Below, in pieces: positions 21,414 through 30,873 of a DNA stretch of 64,000 nucleotides (positions are counted from its first letter, which is position 1; each line of letters starts with the position of its first letter). The position numbers and the translations under genes were made by a program. This DNA comes from an uncultured delta proteobacterium (GTDB lineage: Bacteria; Desulfobacterota; Desulfobacteria; Desulfobacterales; Desulfosalsimonadaceae): contig CAWGYD010000006.1 in NCBI GenBank assembly GCA_963826785.1, positions 384,001 through 448,000 on the forward strand, read 5' to 3'. The notes under the pieces were generated by a model, which was given only the letters and a program-made list of their open reading frames with translations, did not search any database and was not told the DNA's origin.

Positions 21414-23026
21414 TCATGATGCTTCGGATTTTTCGAGATGATAGACGAGGTAAAAATAGGTTGCATTGCCCACGCGGAAGGACTCCGCTTTTCCCAGATG
21501 GTCGAACCGGTCCTTTACCTTTTCCCAGTCTTGCCTGGAAAAAACGGCGATGCCGTTTCCGATATTTTCCATTTCAATCCGCATCTGCTCCGGGTTGTCG
21601 ATTCGCTTTCCGCTTAAATGGCTGTACAAAGGCAATATTTCATCGTCCATGTGATAGAGCAGCAGCGGTTTTGGCGGATGCTGAAACGCCGTGGCGGCCT
21701 GGGCGAGTTTTACCGGCCCTTTGATGGCGTTGAACCCGGGAAAGACGATCATGCCCACGGTCAGTTCTGCCGCAATGAACACGGCCGCCAGCCGGTTGAA
21801 CCAGGCCTGGTCGATTCCCGAAGCCGCAAACCGGCGGATCAGGAACAGGGCGCCCGCCGTCATCACCAGTCCCGTGGGGAGAAAGATCATTCCCGATACC
21901 GGCAGGTGAACCAGAGGGATCACCAGGCCGGCGATCCCCAACAGCATCATGATGGCGAGCAGCGGATACGTGGAAATCTTTATCCATTTTCCCGAACAAC
22001 GGGCAAGATCGGGCCAGGCCGCTGCCACCAGCATGGCGGCGGCCGGATAGACCGAAAGAATATAGATGTTGCGCTTGCTGGTGATGGCGGTAAAAAAAAG
22101 CACCACAAAGAGTATCCATCCCGAAAGGGCCAGCAGCCGGGTCCGGCGGCGCTCATCGTTTTTCAATACGGCAATGCTCAACGGTAAAAAGAACAGCCAG
22201 GGCAGAAAATCCGTGAGCAGGTATTTTATATAGTAATAAAATGGCTTGACGTGGCCGCCGAACTCGCCGGTGGCCCGGCCGACATTCTGGGAAAAGAGCA
22301 GTTCGTTAAAATATGCCGGGGGCGCCCCCTGGAGTTTGGCCCCCAGCAGCCAGGCCCCGGGAAAGGCCAGGGCCAGGGGAATCCCCCACAGCCAGAATCC
22401 TTTTTTGAGATTTTTCGCCTTTCCGGTAAACAGGTTGATGAAGGCATAGATGCCGATGGGGATGATCAGTCCCACCGGCCCCTTGGCCAGGATCGCCAGC
22501 CCCATGAAGGAAAAGGCCCCCGCCTGGAGACGAACAGAAGGGGTTTCTTCATTTAAAAAGAGCAGGAACAGGGCCATCATCTCCAGTCCCAGCAGGAGCA
22601 TGTCGATCCGTCCGTATCCGGCCTCCTTCCAGAACAGAACCGACGTGGACAGGATGAATACGGTGCGCCAGGCGGTTTGCGCGTCGAACCACTTGAAGGC
22701 CAGGCGCGCGATGCCGCCCACAGGGCCAGCACCGCCCCCAGCAGGGAGGGAAGGCGGCCGGAAACCCCGTTGTAGGCCCCGCCGGTAAACACCGTGGCGG
22801 CCCGGATCAGCCAGAACATCAGGGGGGGCTTGTGGGTGTAGGGGATGCCGTTTCGAATGGGCACCATGGGCGAATCATAGAGGGCCATTTCCCTGGCCAC
22901 GTAGGTGTAGCGGGACTCATCCGGATTCCACAGCCCCCGCAGCGCATACTGACCGCTCCACAGGATCGCGGCATAGAGGATGATAAAAAGAAGGGGAACC
23001 GGTTTATTGCCGGACAGAATGGTCAT
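21414..23026 (-). CDS. Second ArnT/GT39-family glycosyltransferase, frameshift near 22710
   Basis: LWNPDESRY, HKPPLMFW and GRLPS in one frame; LAKGPVG, HVKPFYYY and SKRNIYIL in the next. Confidence 0.85.
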
Positions 23027-23307
23027 GCGTTTGCTTTGTTCCGGATCACGAACTGGAGATTCCGGATGTAGACGATAAAACCGAAGGCCTGGCCGAGAAT
23101 AAACACCGGGTCCTTGCGGTAGACCGCATAAGCCAGCAGAATGGCGCTTCCCAGCAGGCTGAAAATCCAGAAGCTCACGGGAATGATCGACTGTTTTTTC
23201 CGTTCGGACTCGATCCATTGCACCACGAACCGCATGGTGAAGCAAAGCTGCCCCAGAAGTCCGAAAATCAGCCAGAAATCAATGGGTTTTCCCAGTATGT
23301 GGGTCAT
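23023..23307 (-). CDS. Lipid A biosynthesis N-terminal (LAB_N) small membrane protein
   Basis: FGLLGQLCFTMRFVVQWIESE...PVSFW...DPVFILGQ...YIRNL. Confidence 0.85.
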   Translation of the reverse strand: MTHILGKPIDFWLIFGLLGQLCFTMRFVVQWIESERKKQSIIPVSFWIFSLLGSAILLAYAVYRKDPVFILGQAFGFIVYIRNLQFVIRNKANA

Positions 23308-24016
23308 CGTTGGTCTCGCGTATGACAAATGAAATGTTCCGGTCCTGCATCCAGCGCACCGCCAGCAGGTCCCGCAATCCGGAAAAGGCCCGATCCCAGG
23401 TGCCGTACTTGGAAATCCCTTTTGTCCGGGGGCGATGCCGGACCGGCACTTCAATGACCCTGGCCCCCTCCATCTTCATCAGGGTGGGCAGGAACCGGTG
23501 CATCCCCTTATACATTTTAATGTTTCTCAGGTACCGGGTGTTCATGATTTTCAAAGAACACCCGGTATCGTGGATGGTTTCCCGGGAAAGACGATTCCGG
23601 ACCCCGTTGGCAAACCGGGAGGAGAACTTCTTCCAGCGGGTATCCTGCCGGTCTTTTCGCCAGCCGGTAACCATCTCGTAATCCTTCAGGTACGGTATCA
23701 TATTCAGGATGTCCGCCGGGTCATTCTGCAGGTCGCTGTCCAGCGTTATCACCCAGTCGCCTTCCGCCGCCCTGAATCCGGCGCACAGGGCCGCCGACTG
23801 GCCGTAGTTGCGGTCAAACCGGATGAACCGGCAGTGGCCGCTTTTGGATGCCATTTCCCTGATGATGTCAAAACCGGTATCCGTGCTGCCGTCGTCGACC
23901 CAGATGACCTCACATGATTCTGGCATGCGCGTGATCAGTTTCTCGATCTCCGCGGAGAGGGGTGGCAGGTTTTCCGCCTCATTATAAACCGGAATGACAA
24001 ATGAATATGTGACCAA
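23279..24016 (-). CDS. GT2 polyprenol-phosphate glycosyltransferase (ArnC/DPM synthase-like)
   Basis: VIPVYNE, VDDGSTD, RNYGQS, DSDLQNDP and DTGCSLK. Confidence 0.9.
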   Translation of the reverse strand: MVTYSFVIPVYNEAENLPPLSAEIEKLITRMPESCEVIWVDDGSTDTGFDIIREMASKSGHCRFIRFDRNYGQSAALCAGFRAAEGDWVITLDSDLQNDPADILNMIPYLKDYEMVTGWRKDRQDTRWKKFSSRFANGVRNRLSRETIHDTGCSLKIMNTRYLRNIKMYKGMHRFLPTLMKMEGARVIEVPVRHRPRTKGISKYGTWDRAFSGLRDLLAVRWMQDRNISFVIRETNDDPHTGKTH

Positions 24017-24078
24017 TAAAAGACTCCCGATCCAAACCTGTTGATAAATCAGCGATTGATCGCCATTGCCGCAAAAGG

Positions 24079-24216
24079 ATAATCATTTGATCATAAATGA
24101 CAAAAATACAAGTGTAAATTTTTTTAACACTTCTGAACCATACGGGATTTGTAAACAGAAAATACGAATCTATAATTAATTACTTAAAGATAAGATGGAA
24201 ATTATCATTTGATAAT
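24079..24216. promoter_or_regulatory. 16-bp boxes, copies 4 (variant) and 5
   Basis: ATAATCATTTGATCAT (24079-24094) and ATTATCATTTGATAAT (24201-24216), upstream of the GT2 unit. Confidence 0.55.
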
Positions 24217-24240
24217 GTTGCGGAAACCGACGCCATCCAT

Positions 24241-25641
24241 TCACACCGGAAGCACAACGGTAAACGTGCTTCCCTGGTTTTCGACGCTTTTGACCGATAT
24301 ATCGCCGCCGAGGGCGCCCGCGATGGATCGGGCCAGGCTGAGGCCCAGCCCGATGCCGGAGCAGGACCGGCTCCGATCGCACCGGTAGAACCGATCAAAG
24401 ATTTTGTCGATTTCCGCTCCGGGGATGCCGATGCCGGTGTCTTTGAACATCAATCGGATGTGTCGGGGGTCGGGTTGCACCGAAACCGTCACCACTCCCC
24501 CCGGATGGCTGAATTTAATCGCATTTTCCAGAAGGTTGGTCACCAGCCGCTGCAGTTTCCGTCGATCGGTGGTGTACATCAGCGGCCGATTGCCCGTATC
24601 TGCTTCTATCCGGATATCCCGCTCATCCGCCAGCGGTTTGAATAATTCGCAGGCGTCATAGACCATGCCGGCCAGATCCACGGTTTCCATGTTCAGGGCG
24701 CCCACGCCGGCATCCATTTCCGTGATATCGAGCATGGTGTTGATCATGTGGATGAGACCGTCGCATTCCTCGATGGTATTGATCGCCATCGTCCGATAAT
24801 CTCCCAGGGTGGCGCGGTTTATCAGGGTCATTTCGGCAATGCCCCGGATGCGGGCCAGAGGGCTTCTGAGATCATGGGCGATGTTGTCGGTCATTTCCCC
24901 CATACTGGCGATCACCGCCTGGAGCCGGTCCAGCATGACATTAAACGCATTTGCCAGACGGGTGATTTCATCCGCTCGCTGATGCACCCGCACCCGTTTG
25001 TCATAGGACCCTTTCGAAATTTCGATGGCGGTTTCGCTGATTTCTTCAACCCCGCTCAGGGCCCGCCGGGCCATCCACCAGCCGATCAGCACGGAAATGC
25101 CGACCAGGGGAAATACGATCAGAATCATCAGGTTGCGAAATACATACGAATATTTATCGATCTCCGCCATGGATTTTCCAACCTGCATTCTCTCCGACGG
25201 CCCGATTCTTCCGTATGCGGTTCTGAGCCGGTGAGGATAGCCGCGGACCGCGAGGGTCTGAAATTCCGGATGGGTCAGTTCTGCAGATGCGGGGGGTGAG
25301 ATCTCCGGGAGGAGCAGATTTTTCCATCGAAAATTGCTCTTTTCAGAGATCATGTGCCCGCCTGAAGAAAAAAGGCGGTAAAACGTTTCTCCGTTTTCCG
25401 TCTGGATTTCCAGATCCATGTACGCTTCAACTTCTTCAATGCCGCCGGTCTTCAGCATCATGTCCATCTCATGAAGCTCCTCCTGCAGGGACTCGTCCAT
25501 ATTCCTCATGAATGCGGCATGGATGACGTAAAAGAAAATAGAAAGGGTGAGCAGGGAAGTGAGGGTAAAGATGAGGGCATACCACAGGCTCAGGCGAAGC
25601 GACAGGGAGTTGCGGAATTCAGGGATTATCTCGAAGAACAT
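24241..25641 (-). CDS. Sensor histidine kinase (2 TM, HAMP, HisKA, HATPase; CusS-like)
   Basis: IAHDLRSPL, NLLENAIKF, DTGIGI and GLGLSL. Confidence 0.92.
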   Translation of the reverse strand: MFFEIIPEFRNSLSLRLSLWYALIFTLTSLLTLSIFFYVIHAAFMRNMDESLQEELHEMDMMLKTGGIEEVEAYMDLEIQTENGETFYRLFSSGGHMISEKSNFRWKNLLLPEISPPASAELTHPEFQTLAVRGYPHRLRTAYGRIGPSERMQVGKSMAEIDKYSYVFRNLMILIVFPLVGISVLIGWWMARRALSGVEEISETAIEISKGSYDKRVRVHQRADEITRLANAFNVMLDRLQAVIASMGEMTDNIAHDLRSPLARIRGIAEMTLINRATLGDYRTMAINTIEECDGLIHMINTMLDITEMDAGVGALNMETVDLAGMVYDACELFKPLADERDIRIEADTGNRPLMYTTDRRKLQRLVTNLLENAIKFSHPGGVVTVSVQPDPRHIRLMFKDTGIGIPGAEIDKIFDRFYRCDRSRSCSGIGLGLSLARSIAGALGGDISVKSVENQGSTFTVVLPV

Positions 25642-26296
25642 ATCCGACCCCTCGGATCGTATGGATCAGCGGCTGATCAAAATCCCGGTCGATCTTTTCC
25701 CGCAGACAGCAGATCCGGGCCTCCACCACATTCGTCTGGGGACTGAAATTATAATCCCACACATGTTCCATAATCATGGTCTTTGAAACCACCTGGCCGG
25801 CATTGCGCATCAGGTATTCCAAAAGGGAAAATTCGAGGGGCTGCAGATCGATCCGCCGATCTGCCCGGATCACCCTGCGAGTCTGAATGTCGACCGTTAG
25901 ATCCGCCACCTTTAGCCGGGTCGGGTTTGTCACCGCCGCCGACCTGCGGATCAGCGCATGCACCCGGGCCAGCAGTTCGGAAAAGGCGAAGGGCTTGGTC
26001 AAATAATCATCTCCGCCGATCTTAAGCCCTTTTACCCGGTCATCCACTGAACGCCTGGCGCTCAAGATCAGCACCGGCGTATTGATTTGCTGTCCCCGCA
26101 TTTTCTCGATGAGCACCCACCCGTCCAGACGGGGCAGCATCAGATCGATAACGGCAATGTCATAGGGTTCGGTGATTGCCATATGAAGGCCATCTTCGCC
26201 ATTTTTCACATGGTCGACGGCAAAGCCGGCCTCCTTCAATCCGTTTGAAACAAACAGGGCAATCTTTTCGTCATCTTCCACCAGCAGCAGCCGCAT
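25619..26296 (-). CDS. OmpR-family response regulator (CusR/CopR-like)
   Basis: LLVEDD, DLMLP, DDYLTKPF and IHTIRGVGY. Confidence 0.93.
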   Translation of the reverse strand: MRLLLVEDDEKIALFVSNGLKEAGFAVDHVKNGEDGLHMAITEPYDIAVIDLMLPRLDGWVLIEKMRGQQINTPVLILSARRSVDDRVKGLKIGGDDYLTKPFAFSELLARVHALIRRSAAVTNPTRLKVADLTVDIQTRRVIRADRRIDLQPLEFSLLEYLMRNAGQVVSKTMIMEHVWDYNFSPQTNVVEARICCLREKIDRDFDQPLIHTIRGVGYVLRDNP

Positions 26297-26576
26297 GGCA
26301 AATCCTTTGTATATACCTGGGTGAACCATCTATCAGCGCGTAAACGAAAACCGTCTATTTGCCCGATATCTGCGTCAGGAACCAAATCCGATGAAACAGC
26401 AGAAGGAATCGGCGATTACCGTTTTGGGACAGACAGGCATTTACCATACTCGCTCTTATATCGAGAATCAATAAAACATCCGGTATCTGTGAAGTGCCGG
26501 CATTGCCGGATCATGCATGCAAAAAACCACAGGAGGCCCGGGCGGAAATTTTTTTTGGACTGACTGAGAATAAGCA

Positions 26577-26727
26577 TTGACAGGCTGTTCTCCAATCGGT
26601 ATGCATTCGATATCGCTGGGCAGAAGTCCGCATCAGAATTGATTTTTTAGATATTTTCGGAAAATAAGACAACCACGAAGGTAAGGGGTCATGAAGACGC
26701 CGGAACTGTTCGTGGTTTTTTGTTTTT
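26577..26727 (+). promoter_or_regulatory. Sigma70-like promoter and leader hairpin with T-tract ahead of the Ni/Co operon
   Basis: TTGACA-N17-TATGCA; AACCACGAA (26671) pairs with TTCGTGGTT (26709), followed by T-runs and then the RBS. Confidence 0.45.
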
Positions 26728-26741
26728 CAAGGGAGGAAAAA

Positions 26742-27521
26742 ATGAAAATAAGATTGATGCTGACAGCTGTTTTGCTGGGATTCTTTTTTGCGAACCCGCC
26801 TTCTGCTTCCGCCCATTTCGGCATGGTGATCCCGTCGGATTCCATGGTGATGCAGGGGGAGGCCCGGGATATTGCCCTTACCCTCTCCTTTTCCCATCCC
26901 TTTGAAATGGTGGGGATGGACATGGGAAAACCCGAGTCATTTCAGGTGTATTACAACGGCAAGGGAAAGGACCTCACGCCAACCCTTGAAAAAACATCGG
27001 TCATGGGCCGTACCGCCTGGAAAACCCGCTATTCAATCTCGAGGCCCGGCGCCTACGTCTTTGCCATGACGCCGCAGCCGTACTGGGAGCCGGCCGAGGA
27101 TCTGTTTATTATTCATTACACCAAGACCGTGGTGGCCGCCTTCGGCCTGGACGAGGGCTGGGACAAAGAAATCGGTTTAAAAACCGAAATCGTTCCCCTG
27201 TCCAAACCATACGGTCTGTATGCGGCAAATGTATTCCAGGGAATCGTCAAGATGGACGGCAAAGCCGTTCCCCATGCCCAGGTGGAGGTTGAATATTACA
27301 ACGAAGGTAAAACGGTCAAGGCGCCCACGGACTACATGATCGCGCAGACCATCAAGGCCGATGAGAACGGCATTTTCACCTATGCCGCGCCAGCGCCCGG
27401 CTGGTGGGGGTTTGCCGCCCTGAATACCGCCGATTACACCCTTAAAAAGGATGGCGAGCCCAAAGAAGTGGAATTGGGGGCGGTCATCTGGGTGAAATTT
27501 CATCCGTGGAATGAGAAATAA
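26742..27521 (+). CDS. DUF4198 periplasmic Ni/Co uptake-associated protein
   Basis: Signal peptide ending SAHF; SHPFE, PYWEPAED, EIVPLSKPYGL and GWWGFAAL; RBS GGAGG. Confidence 0.85.
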   Translation: MKIRLMLTAVLLGFFFANPPSASAHFGMVIPSDSMVMQGEARDIALTLSFSHPFEMVGMDMGKPESFQVYYNGKGKDLTPTLEKTSVMGRTAWKTRYSISRPGAYVFAMTPQPYWEPAEDLFIIHYTKTVVAAFGLDEGWDKEIGLKTEIVPLSKPYGLYAANVFQGIVKMDGKAVPHAQVEVEYYNEGKTVKAPTDYMIAQTIKADENGIFTYAAPAPGWWGFAALNTADYTLKKDGEPKEVELGAVIWVKFHPWNEK

Positions 27522-27557
27522 TGAAATTCATTTTTTAAAAAACGGGAAATATTGTTC

Positions 27558-28169
27558 ATGCACATTTCTGAAGGCATCCTCTCGGCCCCGGTCCTGATTT
27601 CCTCCGGGGCACTGGCCGCTGCCGGGACCGCCATCGGCCTTAAAAATCTCGATTATGAGAAGATCCCCCAGACCGGCATCCTGTCCGCCGCTTTTTTCGT
27701 GGCCTCCCTGATCCATGTCCCGGTGGGTCCGGGAAGCGTTCACCTGATTCTAAACGGAATTGTGGGGCTTCTTCTGGGATGGTGCGCCTTTCCGGCGATT
27801 CTCATCGCCCTGGTCCTGCAGGCCGTGTTTTTCCAGTTCGGCGGCATCACCACACTGGGCATCAACACCTTGATTATGGCTCTTCCGGCGGTCATCTGTT
27901 ATTACCTGTTCTCACCCCTGATCTCCGGATCACGCAATTTGACCATTGCCGCCGCCTTTGCCTGCGGTTTCGGATCGGTGCTGCTCAGCGCCCTGATCAC
28001 GGCCGGGGCGCTCATCTTTACGGAAGAAAACTTTACCAAAGTCGCATACCTCGTGGTGGCGGCCAACCTGCCGGTGATGCTGATCGAAGGCGTGGTGACG
28101 GTTTTTTGCATCCTGTTTCTCAAAAAAGTACAGCCCGGCCTGATCTCTGCTTCAAGGAGCGCACCATGA
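27558..28169 (+). CDS. cbiM: ECF Ni/Co transporter substrate-specific component
   Basis: N-terminal MHISEG; SVHL, QFGGITTLGIN and IEG. Confidence 0.9.
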   Translation: MHISEGILSAPVLISSGALAAAGTAIGLKNLDYEKIPQTGILSAAFFVASLIHVPVGPGSVHLILNGIVGLLLGWCAFPAILIALVLQAVFFQFGGITTLGINTLIMALPAVICYYLFSPLISGSRNLTIAAAFACGFGSVLLSALITAGALIFTEENFTKVAYLVVAANLPVMLIEGVVTVFCILFLKKVQPGLISASRSAP

Positions 28170-28792
28170 ATAAATTTTGCATTATGATTCTGTTTCTGAC
28201 AGTGTTGATCGTCTCCGGCACGGCGGGTCAAGCGCATGCCCACCGGGTGGTGGTGTTTGCCTGGATCGACGGGAATACGGTCTATACGGAAAGCAGTTTC
28301 CCCGACGGCCGTAAAATCACCGATGGAGACATCACGGTTTATGACGGGAAGGGAACTGTCCGGGTCACCGGCAAACCCGATGAAAAAGGCGAATTCTCCT
28401 TTAAAATTCCGGATGCCGACCGGCTCCGGATCGTCCTGAATGCCGGCATGGGCCATCAGGGGGAATGGATCATCCCGGAAAAGGAACTCCGATCCGCGGC
28501 ATCCGGGATTAAAATTTCGACCCCAGAAGCCGAAGCCTCCTTGAAGGATGCCGGTGCATCGGATCAAAAGGCGCCGGACATGAACATAAAGCGGCCTGTG
28601 GCCGGACTGGATGAAACAGCCGTCCGGCAGATCGTTTCATCGGTCCTCGACGACAGGCTCAAACCGATCAAGAAAACCCTGGCCGAAATCCAGCAGAAAA
28701 AAGGACCCGCCGTTTCAGACATCTTCGGCGGCATCGGCTATATTCTGGGCCTGATGGGGATTGCCGCCTGGTTTTATTCGAAAAAAAAGTAG
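28166..28792 (+). CDS. CbiL/NikL-like accessory membrane component
   Basis: AHAHRVVVFAW, AGMGH and C-terminal TM DIFGGIGYILGLMG; operon position. Confidence 0.75.
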   Translation: MNKFCIMILFLTVLIVSGTAGQAHAHRVVVFAWIDGNTVYTESSFPDGRKITDGDITVYDGKGTVRVTGKPDEKGEFSFKIPDADRLRIVLNAGMGHQGEWIIPEKELRSAASGIKISTPEAEASLKDAGASDQKAPDMNIKRPVAGLDETAVRQIVSSVLDDRLKPIKKTLAEIQQKKGPAVSDIFGGIGYILGLMGIAAWFYSKKK

Positions 28793-28795
28793 CCC

Positions 28796-29554
28796 ATGTT
28801 TGAAGAACCGTTTGCAGAAGGAATATCGCCGATCCACCGCATTGATCCGCGGATGCGGGTGGTTTCCGCCGTTTTGTTTTCCTTTGCCGTGGCCCTTTTC
28901 TACGATCCTTTGACGCTGTTGATGGCGCTGGCCGTCTCCGTCTGCCTTATTCTGATATCCCGGGCGGACCTGAAGAAAGTGGCGAAGCGTCTGTTTTTCG
29001 TAAACGGATTTATCCTGCTCTTCTGGATCATTCTGCCGCTGACCTATGGCGGAGAAAAAACGCCTTTGTGGGGACCCTTTGCCGTTTCGAAAACAGGCAT
29101 TCTCATGGCGGCGGTGATCACATTAAAATCAAATGCCATTCTCATCGCCTTGATCGCTCTTATCTCCACCATGTCGTTTGCCACACTGGGGCACACCTTG
29201 AACCGGCTGAAAATCCCGGATAAGCTGGTCTATTTACTGCTGCTGACCTATCGCTACATTTTCGTCATCGAACAGGAATACGGCAAGGTCATGCGGGCCA
29301 TCAAGATCCGCGGATTTACGCCCAGGACATCGCTTCATACCTATAAAACCTACGCGTATGTCATCGGCATGCTGTTTATCCGCGCCGCCGAACGGGCGGA
29401 GCGGGTTTATCAGGCCATGCGGTGCCGGGGTTTTGACGGCCGGTTTTACACCCTGGCGGAATTTAGAACCTCCCTGAGCAGCTGGCTTTTCATGGTGTTC
29501 ATGACGGCGGTTACCCTTTTTCTCATCGCAATGGAGATTTTTTATCATGGATGA
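28796..29554 (+). CDS. cbiQ: ECF transmembrane component
   Basis: HRIDPR, TYRYI, KIRGF and MRCRGFDG. Confidence 0.9.
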   Translation: MFEEPFAEGISPIHRIDPRMRVVSAVLFSFAVALFYDPLTLLMALAVSVCLILISRADLKKVAKRLFFVNGFILLFWIILPLTYGGEKTPLWGPFAVSKTGILMAAVITLKSNAILIALIALISTMSFATLGHTLNRLKIPDKLVYLLLLTYRYIFVIEQEYGKVMRAIKIRGFTPRTSLHTYKTYAYVIGMLFIRAAERAERVYQAMRCRGFDGRFYTLAEFRTSLSSWLFMVFMTAVTLFLIAMEIFYHG

Positions 29555-30278
29555 TGCGGCACCGCTGATTCGCCTTACGGACCTGGCGTTTTCATACGAC
29601 GGCAAACGGCCGGTATTGAAAGACCTTCACCTGGCGTTTTACCGGGGTGACCGGGTCGGACTGCTGGCGCCCAACGGCAGCGGCAAAACCACGCTGTTTC
29701 ATCTCATCATGGGGCTGCTCACGCCGGATGCCGGCAGCATAGAGATCTTCGGGGAAAAGATGGAATCAGAAGCGGATTTTTCCCGCACCCGCACCAAAAT
29801 CGGATTTTTGTTCCAGGATGCCGATGACCAGCTTTTTTCCCCCACGGTTATCGAAGACGTGGCTTTCGGCCCACTGAATATGGGAAAATCCCGGGAAGAG
29901 GCCATTGCTTTATCTAAAAAAGTATTGGATTTTTTAGGAATTGCCCACCTTGAACACCGGATCACCTTTAAACTGTCCGGGGGGGAAAAAAAGCTGGTCT
30001 CCCTGGCCACGGTGCTGTCCATGGAACCTCAGATCCTGCTGCTGGACGAACCTTTGACCGGACTGGATATGGACACCCGGGCCATATTGAAAAAGGTGCT
30101 GCTCCAGCTGAACATCTCGTTTATGGTGATTTCCCACGACATCGAGTTCTTAAAGGAAATGACCACCAGCGTCTATACCCTCAGAAACGGCACCCTCGTC
30201 TCCGACGACCAGGTCTATGTGCACCAGCACGATCATGCCCACGTGCTGGGGTATGTCCCCCATCAGCATGAGAAATAA
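29547..30278 (+). CDS. cbiO: ECF ATPase with His-rich C-terminus
   Basis: APNGSGKT, FQDADDQLF, LSGGE and LLLDEP; ends HQHDHAHVLGYVPHQHEK. Confidence 0.88.
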   Translation: MDDAAPLIRLTDLAFSYDGKRPVLKDLHLAFYRGDRVGLLAPNGSGKTTLFHLIMGLLTPDAGSIEIFGEKMESEADFSRTRTKIGFLFQDADDQLFSPTVIEDVAFGPLNMGKSREEAIALSKKVLDFLGIAHLEHRITFKLSGGEKKLVSLATVLSMEPQILLLDEPLTGLDMDTRAILKKVLLQLNISFMVISHDIEFLKEMTTSVYTLRNGTLVSDDQVYVHQHDHAHVLGYVPHQHEK

Positions 30279-30321
30279 TCGGGGGTAAACAGACCGGAAT
30301 TCCTCATGTTTTTTTTGGGGA

Positions 30322-30630
30322 CTACTCCGGATCGGATTCATCCGTGTGTTCAGGCTCGTCCCCGATATCCCGTTGGCCCTTCTTTCCCCGTATCAGCCGG
30401 ATGACTCCGTAAAGGCGGTATACCAGCCCCGCAAGGATCACCGCACTGATCATGATGATCAGGTTGGAGCTGAAAAAGGTGATGATAAAATAGAAGGGGT
30501 TGTCCATCTTGTAGGCATGAATGAGAACCTCGATGCCAAAATACAGAAAAAAAATGGAAATCAGGATCAGGATGATCTGCCAGCCCCACCAGAGGTAATT
30601 GTAGTAGGCGTCTTTGAGGTTTAATTTCAT
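30322..30630 (-). CDS. Small 2-TM hypothetical protein
   Basis: Two hydrophobic segments and an acidic tail. Confidence 0.6.
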   Translation of the reverse strand: MKLNLKDAYYNYLWWGWQIILILISIFFLYFGIEVLIHAYKMDNPFYFIITFFSSNLIIMISAVILAGLVYRLYGVIRLIRGKKGQRDIGDEPEHTDESDPE

Positions 30631-30873
30631 GGCATATGGGGCCCCGGCGCAATGTTTATTTTGTTATTGATATTTTGTCGATAAATGAATAGTTTTGAAC
30701 AATTCTGATCGGGCGGACAAAATCAATCGTTTTTCATTTCATTCTCATACGACTTCTGTCGTTCCGATGTTCTCCAATAGACATGCATAATCAGAGATTT
30801 AGCAACTTATTAGAGTTATGAACACCTCATATTCTTATATATGTTTAATTAAAAAAACAATAAGGGTAATCAG

